Under the pieces are notes generated by a model. It made no database searches. It was not told where the DNA came from and saw nothing but the letters and a program-made list of their open reading frames with translations. 64,000 nucleotides of DNA from Candidatus Poribacteria bacterium (lineage in GTDB: Bacteria > Poribacteria > WGA-4E > WGA-3G): contig OZ240248.1 in assembly GCA_965198235.1 (NCBI GenBank), forward strand, positions 4,480,001-4,544,000, in the 5' to 3' direction. Position 1 is the stretch's first letter. Every line of letters starts with the position of its first letter. Shown one piece after another: positions 40,840 through 50,489 of the stretch. The position numbers and the translations under genes were made by a program.

Positions 40840-42201
40840 TCACAGCAAAGCCCCGAGAGTGTCATATACGTCGCTAACACCCACAAGTTCAATATCCTCG
40901 TCAATTTCCAAGCCTTTCCGGTTATATTCAGGAAAGATCACTCGTCTGAAGCCTAACTTCGCGGCTTCCCGGATTCGTCTCTCAACATGCGTTACGGGAC
41001 GAATTTCACCACCCAGCCCAACTTCACCGATCACAACAGTCTTCCGATCGACAGGGAGATCGCGATGACTTGAGGATATTGCCATCATCACACCGAGGTC
41101 TATACCGGGTTCATCAATGCGTAACCCGCCCGTAATGTTAACAAAGACATCAGAATCTCCAACGTTAATTCCCACCCTTTTATTAAGTACCGCAATGAGC
41201 AAAGCAATCCGGTGTCGGTCCACCCCAGCTGCCGTATTGCGGGGGTTTCCATAATGTGTAGGCACGACGAGTGCCTGAACTTCCATGAGTAAGGGTCGGG
41301 TCCCCTCTATACTTGAAACTACGACGGATCCTGAAACTTCTTCCTCCCTGTTGCTTAAAAAGAGTTCTGACGGATTCATCACATCCACAAGACCTGTGCT
41401 CTGCATCTCAAAGATTCCGATCTCATTCGTGGAACCGAACCGATTTTTGATCGCTCGAAGAATGCGGTAAATGTGGTGCTGTTCACCTTCAAAATAGAGG
41501 ACAGTATCCACCATGTGCTCTAAAACGCGAGGACCAGCGAGTGCCCCTTCCTTTGTCACATGCCCGACGAGAAACACCGGGATATTCCGATTTTTTGCAC
41601 AAATTAGGAGATGTCCGGCACACTCACGAATCTGAGTGACGCTCCCAGGTGCAGACGGGATACTCGACAAATAAACCGTTTGTATAGAATCGACGATGAC
41701 CACCTTCGGTTCTCGCGCCTCAATATACTTTTCAATCTGCTCCAAATTGTTTTCACACAGCACATAGAGCGTATCAGACGCAACGCCGAGCCGAGTCGCA
41801 CGGAGTTTCGTCTGACTCACAGATTCCTCACCGGAAACGTAAAGCACATCTCCGTAGTTCCGGCTCAATGCGTCACCGGCTTGTAGTAACAAGGTAGATT
41901 TGCCTATCCCTGGATCGCCGCCGATAAGGATCACAGAACCAGGCACAATCCCACCACCAAGTACTCTGTCAAACTCCAACATCCCAGTTAGATGTCGTTC
42001 CACTTCGTTTGCTGTAACTTGCGAAATGGGTTCAGGTTCGCGAGACACTTGCCCGATATCACGATGTTTCGATAGTGTCGTGAGGGTCTCTATTTCTTCG
42101 GCGAAACTCTGCCAACTTCTACAACTCGGACACCGTCCGAGCGTTTTTGGTGTTGTATATCCACACTCTTGACAGACAAATTTACGTTTCTCTCGTGCCA
42201 T
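40840..42201 (-). CDS. radA: DNA repair protein RadA/Sms
   Basis: C4 Zn finger, GDPGIGKST, KNRFG, GEVGLGGE. Confidence 0.97.
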   Translation of the reverse strand: MAREKRKFVCQECGYTTPKTLGRCPSCRSWQSFAEEIETLTTLSKHRDIGQVSREPEPISQVTANEVERHLTGMLEFDRVLGGGIVPGSVILIGGDPGIGKSTLLLQAGDALSRNYGDVLYVSGEESVSQTKLRATRLGVASDTLYVLCENNLEQIEKYIEAREPKVVIVDSIQTVYLSSIPSAPGSVTQIRECAGHLLICAKNRNIPVFLVGHVTKEGALAGPRVLEHMVDTVLYFEGEQHHIYRILRAIKNRFGSTNEIGIFEMQSTGLVDVMNPSELFLSNREEEVSGSVVVSSIEGTRPLLMEVQALVVPTHYGNPRNTAAGVDRHRIALLIAVLNKRVGINVGDSDVFVNITGGLRIDEPGIDLGVMMAISSSHRDLPVDRKTVVIGEVGLGGEIRPVTHVERRIREAAKLGFRRVIFPEYNRKGLEIDEDIELVGVSDVYDTLGALL

Positions 42202-42263
42202 TTTTTTAACTATGGGCTCCTGGGCATCGCTCCACTACGTTCCGCGATGGTTTTCAGTTAATT
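42202..42263. repeat. start-codon-adjacent repeat family A
   Basis: TTAACTATGGGCTCCTGGG plus hairpin CATCGC-TCCACTACGTTCC-GCGATG. Confidence 0.8.
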
Positions 42264-42397
42264 CTGACGCGACTGGGGATATGTACGCTTTTTAAGACTT
42301 CTTTCCGCTCCATCGGTTGTCCGGACGATCTGAAGTAGGAAGTCGCGAGCTGGAGCTCGCTCCTACAGAAGAACTGAATAACCCTACATCGTTAATA

Positions 42398-43960
42398 CTA
42401 CCACTCACCACCAAAAAAGCGAAATCCTGTTGTCCAACGCCGCTCACCGGTCAAATTCTCTGCCCCAATCAGGAGTTGCCCATATCGGAAGAACCGGACC
42501 GCCACTTCCGCGTTCAACTCGGGTTCCCTGCTTGTCAACCCTATCCCTTCAACACTGATGCCGAAACGTCGGGACCACAACCACAAATCCAGCCCCGCGC
42601 CGACTTTGGAACGCATGAATCCTGCACGCGCCCGAAGAAAGTCAGTTACATCATGTGCATACTGAAACTCAAACCGAACCTTCTCATCTCGAACACCTAT
42701 CCCGAACCTATAGTGTGCGTTGGGTCTGCGAGAAAGTGAAAACGCCAGTTCATTGTAAAGTCGCTCTTCGAGACTTAAGTAGCGGAGTTCATAATCCCAG
42801 TTAAACCGGGGTGAATCAAGACGCTCCAACTGCTTCTCAGTTTTTTGAGAGAGTTCCGTTACCGCGCTCATCGTTTCGTCGACATTTTGCAAGGTTCGCC
42901 TGACATCTTCAAGCGGTTCCGGTGTGTTTAGCAATTGCGCGACAGTCCCCTCACCCTCATTAAGCGTGGTAAGAAAACGATTGACGCTCGCCTCCAAAGC
43001 AGCGATCGAAGCAGTCGTTGCCTTTAGGTTCTCTAAGATAGGTGCGATATTGGCTTCTCCGGTTTCAATAGCACTACTACTTTGCGAAACAAGGGCAGAA
43101 ACCTGTGCCGCTAACGTGTCGAAATCTGAGCGAAAATCCTGTGTTATCCGTCGAAATTCTGATGTTGTTGCACGAATATCGGTAAAAATAGTGTTGAGTT
43201 TCGGTGAATTCTGATTCAGGAGCCTCAAGAGTTCACGTGTAATGTCACTTATTTGACTGCTCACCATCAGAGAATCGCCTTCTAACTGTGTTATAAGGTT
43301 ATTTACCTTTACGAGGGTCCCCTGAAACCGCCTATCGTTTTCTAAGGCGAGTTGTGTTAAAGTTCGTACCGTCTCTTCAGAGTCAACGCTTAACTTCTCA
43401 ATAGTTTTTCCAGTGAGTGCGACGACCTCGCGAATCTCTTTGATGGCGAGTTGAATCGCTTCCTGGTTCGCTTGGAGCACCTCATTCGCAGCCGTTGTGA
43501 GTTCAATAGCCTGTGTCATACCAGCACTTGTCTGCTCAAGGAGTTCCAAGGCATTCACAGGATCTTTTCCAACAATCGGCAAGTTCGCTGGTTTTAATAT
43601 CGGGTTCCCAACTGCTCCATTGTCAAGAGCGATATAAATTTCACCGACAAACCCATTCATAGAAATTCTGGCACCACAGCCCTCCCTCAACCACTCAAAT
43701 GCGTTTTTGACTTTCGCCTTGATGTGCACATTATCAGTCTCAGGATGGAGCTCAATAGCCGTTACTTTGCCAATTGGGACACCATATAGGTAAACTCCTG
43801 CCCCGACATAAAGCCCGTTGACAGAACGAAATTGAAACGTCAGTTTATCACCAGTAGTTGCCCACGGCCAATTCTCCGCATTTGTAAGAAGGATTGTCAG
43901 GAATACGATGGCAACGAGAATCATTACACCGACTTTTACAGAAGCTGTCCAAAAGTTCAT
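42398..43960 (-). CDS. mlaD: MCE/MlaD protein with long helical region and C-terminal beta-rich domain
   Basis: N-terminal TM, VNGL.VGA.V...GV.IGKV, coiled coil, amphipathic beta strands at the C-terminus. Confidence 0.85.
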   Translation of the reverse strand: MNFWTASVKVGVMILVAIVFLTILLTNAENWPWATTGDKLTFQFRSVNGLYVGAGVYLYGVPIGKVTAIELHPETDNVHIKAKVKNAFEWLREGCGARISMNGFVGEIYIALDNGAVGNPILKPANLPIVGKDPVNALELLEQTSAGMTQAIELTTAANEVLQANQEAIQLAIKEIREVVALTGKTIEKLSVDSEETVRTLTQLALENDRRFQGTLVKVNNLITQLEGDSLMVSSQISDITRELLRLLNQNSPKLNTIFTDIRATTSEFRRITQDFRSDFDTLAAQVSALVSQSSSAIETGEANIAPILENLKATTASIAALEASVNRFLTTLNEGEGTVAQLLNTPEPLEDVRRTLQNVDETMSAVTELSQKTEKQLERLDSPRFNWDYELRYLSLEERLYNELAFSLSRRPNAHYRFGIGVRDEKVRFEFQYAHDVTDFLRARAGFMRSKVGAGLDLWLWSRRFGISVEGIGLTSREPELNAEVAVRFFRYGQLLIGAENLTGERRWTTGFRFFGGEW

Positions 43961-43961
43961 G

Positions 43962-44741
43962 CTATCTCCCCAAATATTTCTTCAAAATGGGATTTTCCAT
44001 GTTGAGAATCTGGTCCGGTGCTCCAAATAGAATGAACTGTTGCAAAATGGGATCGTCGATGTTGATAATTTCATCTGGACCGCCGTATGCGATCTGCCTA
44101 CCTTCATGAATCATAGCCATCCGTGTTGCGACACTGAAGGCACTGTGCATATCATGTGTAACCACAACGGAAGTGACTTGCAGCCTCTCGTGGAGATCTC
44201 TAATAAGTTGATTGATTTCCGTGCAGGTAACCGGGTCAAGTCCGGTTGTAGGTTCATCGTAAAAAATAACCTCCGGATCAAATGCCAGGGCGCGTGCGAG
44301 TCCAACCCGTTTTCGCATACCACCACTTAATTCAGCGGGACGCAAGTCCTGGACACCTTCTAAATCAACAAGACTGAGTTTCTCGTCAACAATCTTGCGT
44401 ATTTCTCGCCTGTCAAGATTTGTATGTTGATCCAGCATAAAAGCGACGTTCTCTGCGACAGTCATCGAATCAAAGAGGGCAGCAGACTGAAACAGCATTC
44501 CAACCTTTCGGCGGAGGACGTTCATCTTTTTGCCGTTTAGGTTCGATATTTCTGTTCCATCAAACCAAATCTCACCGGAATCGGCGGACATCAGTCCTGT
44601 GATAATCTTTAGGAGTACACTCTTACCACACCCGCTTTGTCCCATAATCACGAGCGTCTCACCACGTGGAATTTCAAGGCTTAGTTCGTTTAAAACGTTT
44701 TTGCCTCCAAAATTTTTGGTGACATTCCTAATTGAAATCAT
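43962..44741 (-). CDS. mlaF: MlaF-type ABC ATPase
   Basis: GQSGCGKS, LFQSAALFDS, LSGGMRKRVGLARA, YDEPTTGLDP. Confidence 0.92.
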   Translation of the reverse strand: MISIRNVTKNFGGKNVLNELSLEIPRGETLVIMGQSGCGKSVLLKIITGLMSADSGEIWFDGTEISNLNGKKMNVLRRKVGMLFQSAALFDSMTVAENVAFMLDQHTNLDRREIRKIVDEKLSLVDLEGVQDLRPAELSGGMRKRVGLARALAFDPEVIFYDEPTTGLDPVTCTEINQLIRDLHERLQVTSVVVTHDMHSAFSVATRMAMIHEGRQIAYGGPDEIINIDDPILQQFILFGAPDQILNMENPILKKYLGR

Positions 44742-44900
44742 CTTTTTAATTATGGGCTCCTGGGCTGCCTTCCACTACGTTTCAGGCAGGTTTCTGGTCC
44801 GTCCAGACGAACCTTGGTAAAAATAACGCTCAGATCTCAGAGACGGTGGGGATTCACTGGAAACCACCGCGTAATGTAATGGAGCGGTGCCCAGGTGTTA
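44742..44900. repeat. start-codon-adjacent repeat family A with inverted distal end
   Basis: TTAATTATGGGCTCCTGGG plus CTGCCT-TCCACTACGTTTC-AGGCAG; distal GCCCAGG is the inverted copy of CCTGGGC. Confidence 0.75.
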
Positions 44901-44911
44901 ATAGTTTAAAA

Positions 44912-45736
44912 TTATACCAACCCCAAAATGTTAAAGAGTATATGATTCAAGACAAAATCCAAAACGAGAATCGCAATAAGAGAGATTACAGCAGAGCCAG
45001 TCGTCGCAATTCCGACCCCCTCTGCGCCGCCTGCTGTCGAGATACTAAACCCCTTGTAGCAGCCGACCGCAGCAATTGCCATCCCGAAAGAGGTCGCTTT
45101 AATCAAACTAATGAGCACGCTTCCGACAAAAAGATTCTTCTGCACTTCCAAGAGAAAAAAGGAGCCATTTACATCAAATAGCGTAACAACGGCGACAAAA
45201 CCACCAGCGATGCCCGCAAACGTCGAATAGATTGTAAGTGTCGGTAACATCAGAGAACACGCGAGAAAACGCGGCACAACCAGATATTTGACTGGATTTG
45301 TGCCCATCACCTTAAGCGCGTCAATTTGCTCCGTAACCTTCATCGTTGAAAGCTCAGCAGTAATTGATGCCCCGATACGTCCGGCAAGCACAAACGCAGT
45401 AATCATCGGACCGAGTTCCTTCACGACTGAAACACAGACGAATCTTGCCACCGATCCTTCCACCGCATAAGGTTTGAGCTGAATGTACCCCTGAACACCC
45501 AATACCATCCCCGTGAAAAACCCGGAGACAATAACAACAGCCAAAGAATTGAAACCGATCAATAACAACTGCTTAACTAACAGATCAAACTGAAAGGGAG
45601 GACGGAAAATTTGGATAAGGGTTTGAAAAAAGAGCGTAAAGGCTTGTCCTATCTCGGAAAGCACGTTGTGCAACCGAATCTTAACCAAATCAGGGAACCC
45701 ATTAGGGGCTTCGTGTATAGTGGACTGCTGCTCCAT
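44912..45736 (-). CDS. mlaE: MlaE-type ABC permease
   Basis: KELGP, GRIGA.ITAEL.TMKVTEQIDAL, YLVVPR, GAEGVG.ATT. Confidence 0.92.
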   Translation of the reverse strand: MEQQSTIHEAPNGFPDLVKIRLHNVLSEIGQAFTLFFQTLIQIFRPPFQFDLLVKQLLLIGFNSLAVVIVSGFFTGMVLGVQGYIQLKPYAVEGSVARFVCVSVVKELGPMITAFVLAGRIGASITAELSTMKVTEQIDALKVMGTNPVKYLVVPRFLACSLMLPTLTIYSTFAGIAGGFVAVVTLFDVNGSFFLLEVQKNLFVGSVLISLIKATSFGMAIAAVGCYKGFSISTAGGAEGVGIATTGSAVISLIAILVLDFVLNHILFNILGLV

Positions 45737-45809
45737 ATTTTCTATTTTTTAATACAATTGCTGATAGCCAATTCAGGGAGATGTCCGATTCTTAAGGCTT
45801 TTTATCCGC

Positions 45810-47141
45810 CTAACTGGGGTTTTCAAATCGCATCTGCTTTTTGCTAAAATAAAGAATAACCGTCCCGGTTGGTCCGTTACGCTGTTTCTTAATCATGATG
45901 TTCGCTTCAACCCTGTCTCCAGCATCTTCATCTTCATAATAATCTTCTCGGTGTAAAAAGGCAACGAGATCGGCATCCTGTTCGATTGCCCCAGACTCCC
46001 GTAAATCTGAAAGTTGCGGGCGTTTATCAGGGCGGCGTTCAATCTCACGACTCAATTGCGAACAAGCGATAATCGGAACATTAAGTTCCCACGCGAGGAC
46101 TTTCAAAGCACGTGAGATTTCAGAGATCTCCTGTTCACGAGCGTGATATCTACCCGTCCCTCTCAATAGTTGGAGGTAGTCAACAATAATAAGTGCCAGA
46201 TCGTCGTGTTCGCCTTTTAATCGTCGCCCTTCGGCGCGTAGCCCCTGAACGGTAAGCCCACGATTATCGTTAATTAGGATAGGTGCCTCAGCCAATCGGC
46301 TTGCCCCTTCGGTCAACGGTCTCCAGTTATCTTCACTGAAGTTACCGGTTCGGAGTCGCGTAAAATCAATCTGAGATTCGGCAGCTAACATTCTCATAGC
46401 GATATCCTGAGCAGGCATCTCAAGACTAAAGACGGCGACTGGACATTTTTCTTCAAGGGCGATGTTCTGTGCTATGTTCAGCACTAAGGTTGTTTTTCCC
46501 ATACTCGGTCGCGCGGCAATGATAATGAGATTACCGGGCTGCAACCCTGATGTCAGATGGTCAAAATCCATAAAGCCGGTCGGCACCCCCAAGAACCTAT
46601 TTTTTTTGTGATATAAACCTTCAACCGTATTAAGACTTTCTGTGAGTAATGAACGGATAGCAACAAATCCGCGTTGGGTATTTGCCTGTCCAAGATCAAA
46701 GACTGCTTCCTGTGATTGATTCAGTACATCAGCAATTCCGACACCCTCGTCGTACGCTATCTCGCGAATCTGAAGGGTCGCTCGAATCAACCGACGGCGT
46801 GTCGCCTTTTCATGCAGGATATCTGCATAAAACTCCGTACTCTCCGTCTCCACAATTGGAGCCTGTAGTTCGTATAGGTACTCTGTCCCACCAGCCCGGT
46901 TCAACTGGTTCACTCGTTTCAACTCATCAGCAACAAGGAGCGGATCTGCATTGCTAACGCGGTCATATACAACAAGAATAGCTGAATAGATAAGCTGATG
47001 GTCTACAGTGAAAAACACATCAGAGGTCTGGCCGAACTTGGTTATTACTGGAGGAATAACCGATTTTTCGGTCATCATCGCGCCCAGAACCGCTTGTTCA
47101 GCTTCCTTGTCAGAAAGGGAATCAACCAGTTGTGCCTGCAT
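45810..47141 (-). CDS. dnaB: replicative DNA helicase
   Basis: AARPSMGKT, FSLEM, IVDYLQL, SQLSR, SDLRESGAIEQDAD, KQRNGPTG. Confidence 0.97.
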   Translation of the reverse strand: MQAQLVDSLSDKEAEQAVLGAMMTEKSVIPPVITKFGQTSDVFFTVDHQLIYSAILVVYDRVSNADPLLVADELKRVNQLNRAGGTEYLYELQAPIVETESTEFYADILHEKATRRRLIRATLQIREIAYDEGVGIADVLNQSQEAVFDLGQANTQRGFVAIRSLLTESLNTVEGLYHKKNRFLGVPTGFMDFDHLTSGLQPGNLIIIAARPSMGKTTLVLNIAQNIALEEKCPVAVFSLEMPAQDIAMRMLAAESQIDFTRLRTGNFSEDNWRPLTEGASRLAEAPILINDNRGLTVQGLRAEGRRLKGEHDDLALIIVDYLQLLRGTGRYHAREQEISEISRALKVLAWELNVPIIACSQLSREIERRPDKRPQLSDLRESGAIEQDADLVAFLHREDYYEDEDAGDRVEANIMIKKQRNGPTGTVILYFSKKQMRFENPS

Positions 47142-47143
47142 AA

Positions 47144-47590
47144 TTACTCTTCACGTTCAACAACAAGGCGGAGTTCGACGACAACATCTGTATGTAATTT
47201 GACCGGCACCATAAACACGCCGAGTTCGCGAATCGGCTCTGTGAGTTCAAAGAACCGCCGTTCCAAATCAAACCCCTGAGCTCGCAAATTTTCTGCGATA
47301 TCCATGGAGGTAACTGACCCGAAGAGACGATCATTTTCACCCGCCCGCCTGCTCAGTGTGCAGGTAACACCCGTCATCTGTGCGGCGATTTCACGTGCCT
47401 GTTCTTTATCTTTCGCCTCCTGATGATCGATTATCCGTTTCTCGTGCACTAAGTGTCGGCGGTTTCGTTCGGTTGCGTGTACCGCTAACTGCATAGGAAG
47501 AAGATAGTTACGCGCGTAGCCATTCGCGACCTTTAGCACATCGCCCGGCAGACCGAGACCTTCAACACTTTTTTTTAGAATGACTTCCAT
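47144..47590 (-). CDS. rplI: 50S ribosomal protein L9
   Basis: MEVIL...LG..G....V..GYARNYLLP, LFGSVT. Confidence 0.97.
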   Translation of the reverse strand: MEVILKKSVEGLGLPGDVLKVANGYARNYLLPMQLAVHATERNRRHLVHEKRIIDHQEAKDKEQAREIAAQMTGVTCTLSRRAGENDRLFGSVTSMDIAENLRAQGFDLERRFFELTEPIRELGVFMVPVKLHTDVVVELRLVVEREE

Positions 47591-47651
47591 AATTGAAATC
47601 CTAAACTATCCTTCGTAGGGAAATCCGTTGTACGCGTCTGGAGCCCTACCT

Positions 47652-47852
47652 CTATCGCGTAAACGGCAACAGTGCCATATTACGGGCGCGCTTGACTGCA
47701 CGCGTTACCATTCGTTGTTGTTTCGCCGATAGTCCAGTGACTCGGCGACTCACAATTTTGCCACGTTCATTAATAAATTTTCGCAGCGTATCTATATCTT
47801 TGTAATCGAAAGATTCAATTTTATGATAGCGCTGTCTGCGACGGAATGCCAT
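47652..47852 (-). CDS. rpsR: 30S ribosomal protein S18 (Cys-free form)
   Basis: DYKD...L.KFI.ERGKI..RRVTG...KQQR....AVKRAR..ALLPF. Confidence 0.95.
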   Translation of the reverse strand: MAFRRRQRYHKIESFDYKDIDTLRKFINERGKIVSRRVTGLSAKQQRMVTRAVKRARNMALLPFTR

Positions 47853-48285
47853 ATCAATTTCTTCAGACTGGGGACTCCATGCTTTAGCATGGAGCGAAAA
47901 GTCTGCTCCTCCAAAAATTAAAAGTTAATCGTAATGCTATACGTTTTGTTGTATTTTTTCATGTATAGCAATAGGTTTATATCTAAAGTTAAGTCTACGT
48001 AATGTCTTACAGTCTGATACTTTTGCCGATCGTGTCAGTCGTTTACCCCCTTCTATCGGTTGTAAACACAAGTATTTGTTCATTTTACCGCATACTACAG
48101 CTAAGCCGTGTTTAATATGCTTGACGAGTGTGCCCTTACTGAATCCAAGACAACTTGTTCCACCATATCGCGGACGCTTACTGCCTTTCTGTGGGAGTTG
48201 TCTGTGTAGACTCCGTCTTTCCATAGGTATTGGCGATATAGGGAGAACCTCTGGACAACAGCGATTCTCCCACGAAGACTATTCT
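47853..48285 (-). mobile_element. IS200/IS605-family IsrB/IscB (RRXRR) remnant: C-terminal coding fragment plus right-end hairpin
   Basis: PIPMERRSLH..P.KG..R..YGGT..LGF.KGTLVKH.K.G...GKRLT..AK..DC; end hairpin CTCCATGC-TAAA-GCATGGAG at 47875-47894. Confidence 0.7.
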
Positions 48286-48288
48286 TAC

Positions 48289-48759
48289 TCAAAACGGAAT
48301 GTCGTCCTCTGTTCCGGAAGATGCGTCACTCGCAGCGGGAGCAGGTGCGTCCTGATAAGATGCAGGCTGTGCTGATGTAGCTGCAGGTTGGGCATCGGCG
48401 TAACCGCTGCCCCTCTCATTGTCATCACGTCTCCCAACAAACTGAAACCGCTGCAGACGGACTTTAAGACGGTTCCGCTTCGTGCCGTCTTCAGCTTCCC
48501 AGGAATCATATCTGAGGGACCCCTCAACCAAAATGGGGCTGCCTTTACTGAAATACTCACCCACTAACTCTGCCTGCTTATCCCATGCTTCTATATCAAC
48601 AAAGCAGACATTTTCTTTCTGTTCACCCGTCTGCCGGTCAGTATACCGTTCACTCATAGCCAATCCAAAATTCGCGATGGCTGTTCCACTCGGCAGGAAT
48701 TTCACCTCAGGATCCCGTGTCAAATTTCCCATCAGGATGACCTTGTTGTAACTTGCCAT
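48289..48759 (-). CDS. ssb: single-stranded DNA-binding protein
   Basis: NKVILMGNLTRDPE, VEGSL, C-terminal DDIPF. Confidence 0.97.
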   Translation of the reverse strand: MASYNKVILMGNLTRDPEVKFLPSGTAIANFGLAMSERYTDRQTGEQKENVCFVDIEAWDKQAELVGEYFSKGSPILVEGSLRYDSWEAEDGTKRNRLKVRLQRFQFVGRRDDNERGSGYADAQPAATSAQPASYQDAPAPAASDASSGTEDDIPF

Positions 48760-48844
48760 GGTTTCTCCTTTTTATCTGTAGGCTCAGACCTTTTGAGGTA
48801 GCCTACACGCCAAAAACTCGTTTAAAATTTGGATGACGCTTATT

Positions 48845-49297
48845 TTAGGCAGACTCTGTTGTATCTTTAGCCTCTGCGTCATCATCTGTTGTATCTTCAG
48901 CCTCTGCATTATCATCCGACGTTGCTTTCTCATCCGATGTCAATTCTCCATCCGGTGTCGATTTTTCGACCTCGGCTTTCTCAGCGGTTAGTTCGGCTTT
49001 CAGCTTATCAATATCATCCTCGTATTGGACAACCATATACCGCAAAATTGCTTCAATGACATGCAGGGATTGATTTAATTCCGCAACAAAACTCGGTGCG
49101 CACTCAAAAATGTAGAGCACATAATAGCCTTCACCCCGTTTTCGGATAGGATAGGAGAGTCGTTTTTTTCCCCAGGGATCAACCTTCAGGAGAGTCCCAC
49201 CACCTTCGATGATGCCCTTTATTTGATTCGTAAGAGCCTCTGCTGCGTTTTCATCGTGGTCGGGAGTAATGATAAGCAGGAGTTCGTAAGGATTCAA
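48845..49297 (-). CDS. rpsF: 30S ribosomal protein S6 with acidic tail
   Basis: YE..II.P, WG.KRL.YPI.K..EG.Y, ILRYM; TTG start. Confidence 0.95.
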   Translation of the reverse strand: MNPYELLLIITPDHDENAAEALTNQIKGIIEGGGTLLKVDPWGKKRLSYPIRKRGEGYYVLYIFECAPSFVAELNQSLHVIEAILRYMVVQYEDDIDKLKAELTAEKAEVEKSTPDGELTSDEKATSDDNAEAEDTTDDDAEAKDTTESA

Positions 49298-49306
49298 ATT
49301 TTCATG

Positions 49307-49362
49307 CCTCTCTTCGGACTGATGGCTCCACTGCTGTTGTAATAAGAGCAGAGAGCAGAGAT
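49307..49362 (-). ncRNA. rpsF (S6:S18) ribosomal leader RNA
   Basis: CUCUGCUC-[CUGCU..AGCAG hairpin]-GGAGCC..GUCCGAAGAGAGG, with CCG just before the SD, upstream of rpsF. Confidence 0.6.
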
Positions 49363-49455
49363 TAATATTAATTAAGTGAACCCCACCTGATGCCTATAAA
49401 TCGAAACCGAATTACAGGTTAGATGGAATTCTATTCGTTAATTTTAGTTAATATA

Positions 49456-49484
49456 ATTATACCACATTCTAATCCGTATATCAA
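49456..49484 (-). promoter_or_regulatory. sigma70 promoter of the rpsF operon
   Basis: TTGATA-17bp-TATAAT with extended -10 TG. Confidence 0.65.
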
Positions 49485-49615
49485 CAAAAATAGTATTTTT
49501 CAGAGACATTTAGCTTTTACGGAATGCGTTGATTGAAAATTTACTACGTACTCCATAATACAGGTTAAAAGTCAATTAAGCTCATATAAGTTATATAAAA
49601 GAGAATTCAAGAAAT

Positions 49616-50473
49616 TTAGATTGGGAGCGTTGAATATGCAGTTACATGCAACGGTAAGAAAAACGGACGTTTCGACCTGAGGACCTCTTGCCGGATCCGT
49701 GCAGCTAATGTATCCACATCCACCTGTTCCGCCGTCGCAAGTCCGTATTTCTCCAGGAGTGGAAGGAGACTCTGAAAGATAGTCGCCATATATCGGTAAC
49801 CTGCCCAAGTTTTGGCGGCACCAATAGGAGATTCAAGATGCATCGTTGGCGGCGGCAAACCCGCGTCAACAAAAGCGCGATAAAGCCCAACGCCCATGTC
49901 AAGATGTGACCCTGAATGCTCAAACACATCCAAAATCCATCTAATCAGTTGGTTCATGAGAGGCGTACCGGGGTGTAAAAACGCGGGATAGAGTGTGTAT
50001 TCCGGCTCCTGAAATGCGACGATGCCACCCGGCTTTAGGTGCGTTATGAGCTCAGCGAACGCTTTCCCCGGATCCGCCATATACATCAATACAAACCGTC
50101 CAACAATAGCATCAAATTTGCCCGGAAAGTCAAGGATTCGCGCATCGCCCGCAATAAATTCTACGTTTCGCATGCCTGCATCAGTTGCTCGTTGGCGTGC
50201 AGTGTCAAGAATTGATACGTTGACATCTACACCAATAACCTGTCCTGTCGGTCCGACGAGTTCAGCGAGGGTGAGGGCAACATCACCAGCGCCACTACCG
50301 ATTTCAAGGACTCGCATCCCCTCTGTGATACCGGCTCGCTTACAGAGACGCTGCGTCGACTCTCCATAGATTCTCGATTGCTCAATGAGACGCGTTGTTT
50401 CGTGTGAGGTTCGTCCTAACGTATAGGTAGCATCGCTATTCGGCGAGACCGAGTTTTCCGCGTGATTTTTCAC
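49616..50473 (-). CDS. class I SAM-dependent methyltransferase
   Basis: VLEIGSGAGDV, FDAIVGR, LKPGG; paralog of the upstream gene. Confidence 0.88.
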   Translation of the reverse strand: MKNHAENSVSPNSDATYTLGRTSHETTRLIEQSRIYGESTQRLCKRAGITEGMRVLEIGSGAGDVALTLAELVGPTGQVIGVDVNVSILDTARQRATDAGMRNVEFIAGDARILDFPGKFDAIVGRFVLMYMADPGKAFAELITHLKPGGIVAFQEPEYTLYPAFLHPGTPLMNQLIRWILDVFEHSGSHLDMGVGLYRAFVDAGLPPPTMHLESPIGAAKTWAGYRYMATIFQSLLPLLEKYGLATAEQVDVDTLAARIRQEVLRSKRPFFLPLHVTAYSTLPI

Positions 50474-50489
50474 CGTGTGTCGAATCCTT

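Noticed and set aside
47937-48224. Active RNA-guided nuclease system
   Set aside because: Only about 65 nt separate it from ssb, too little for an omegaRNA, and the N-terminal RuvC motifs are missing.
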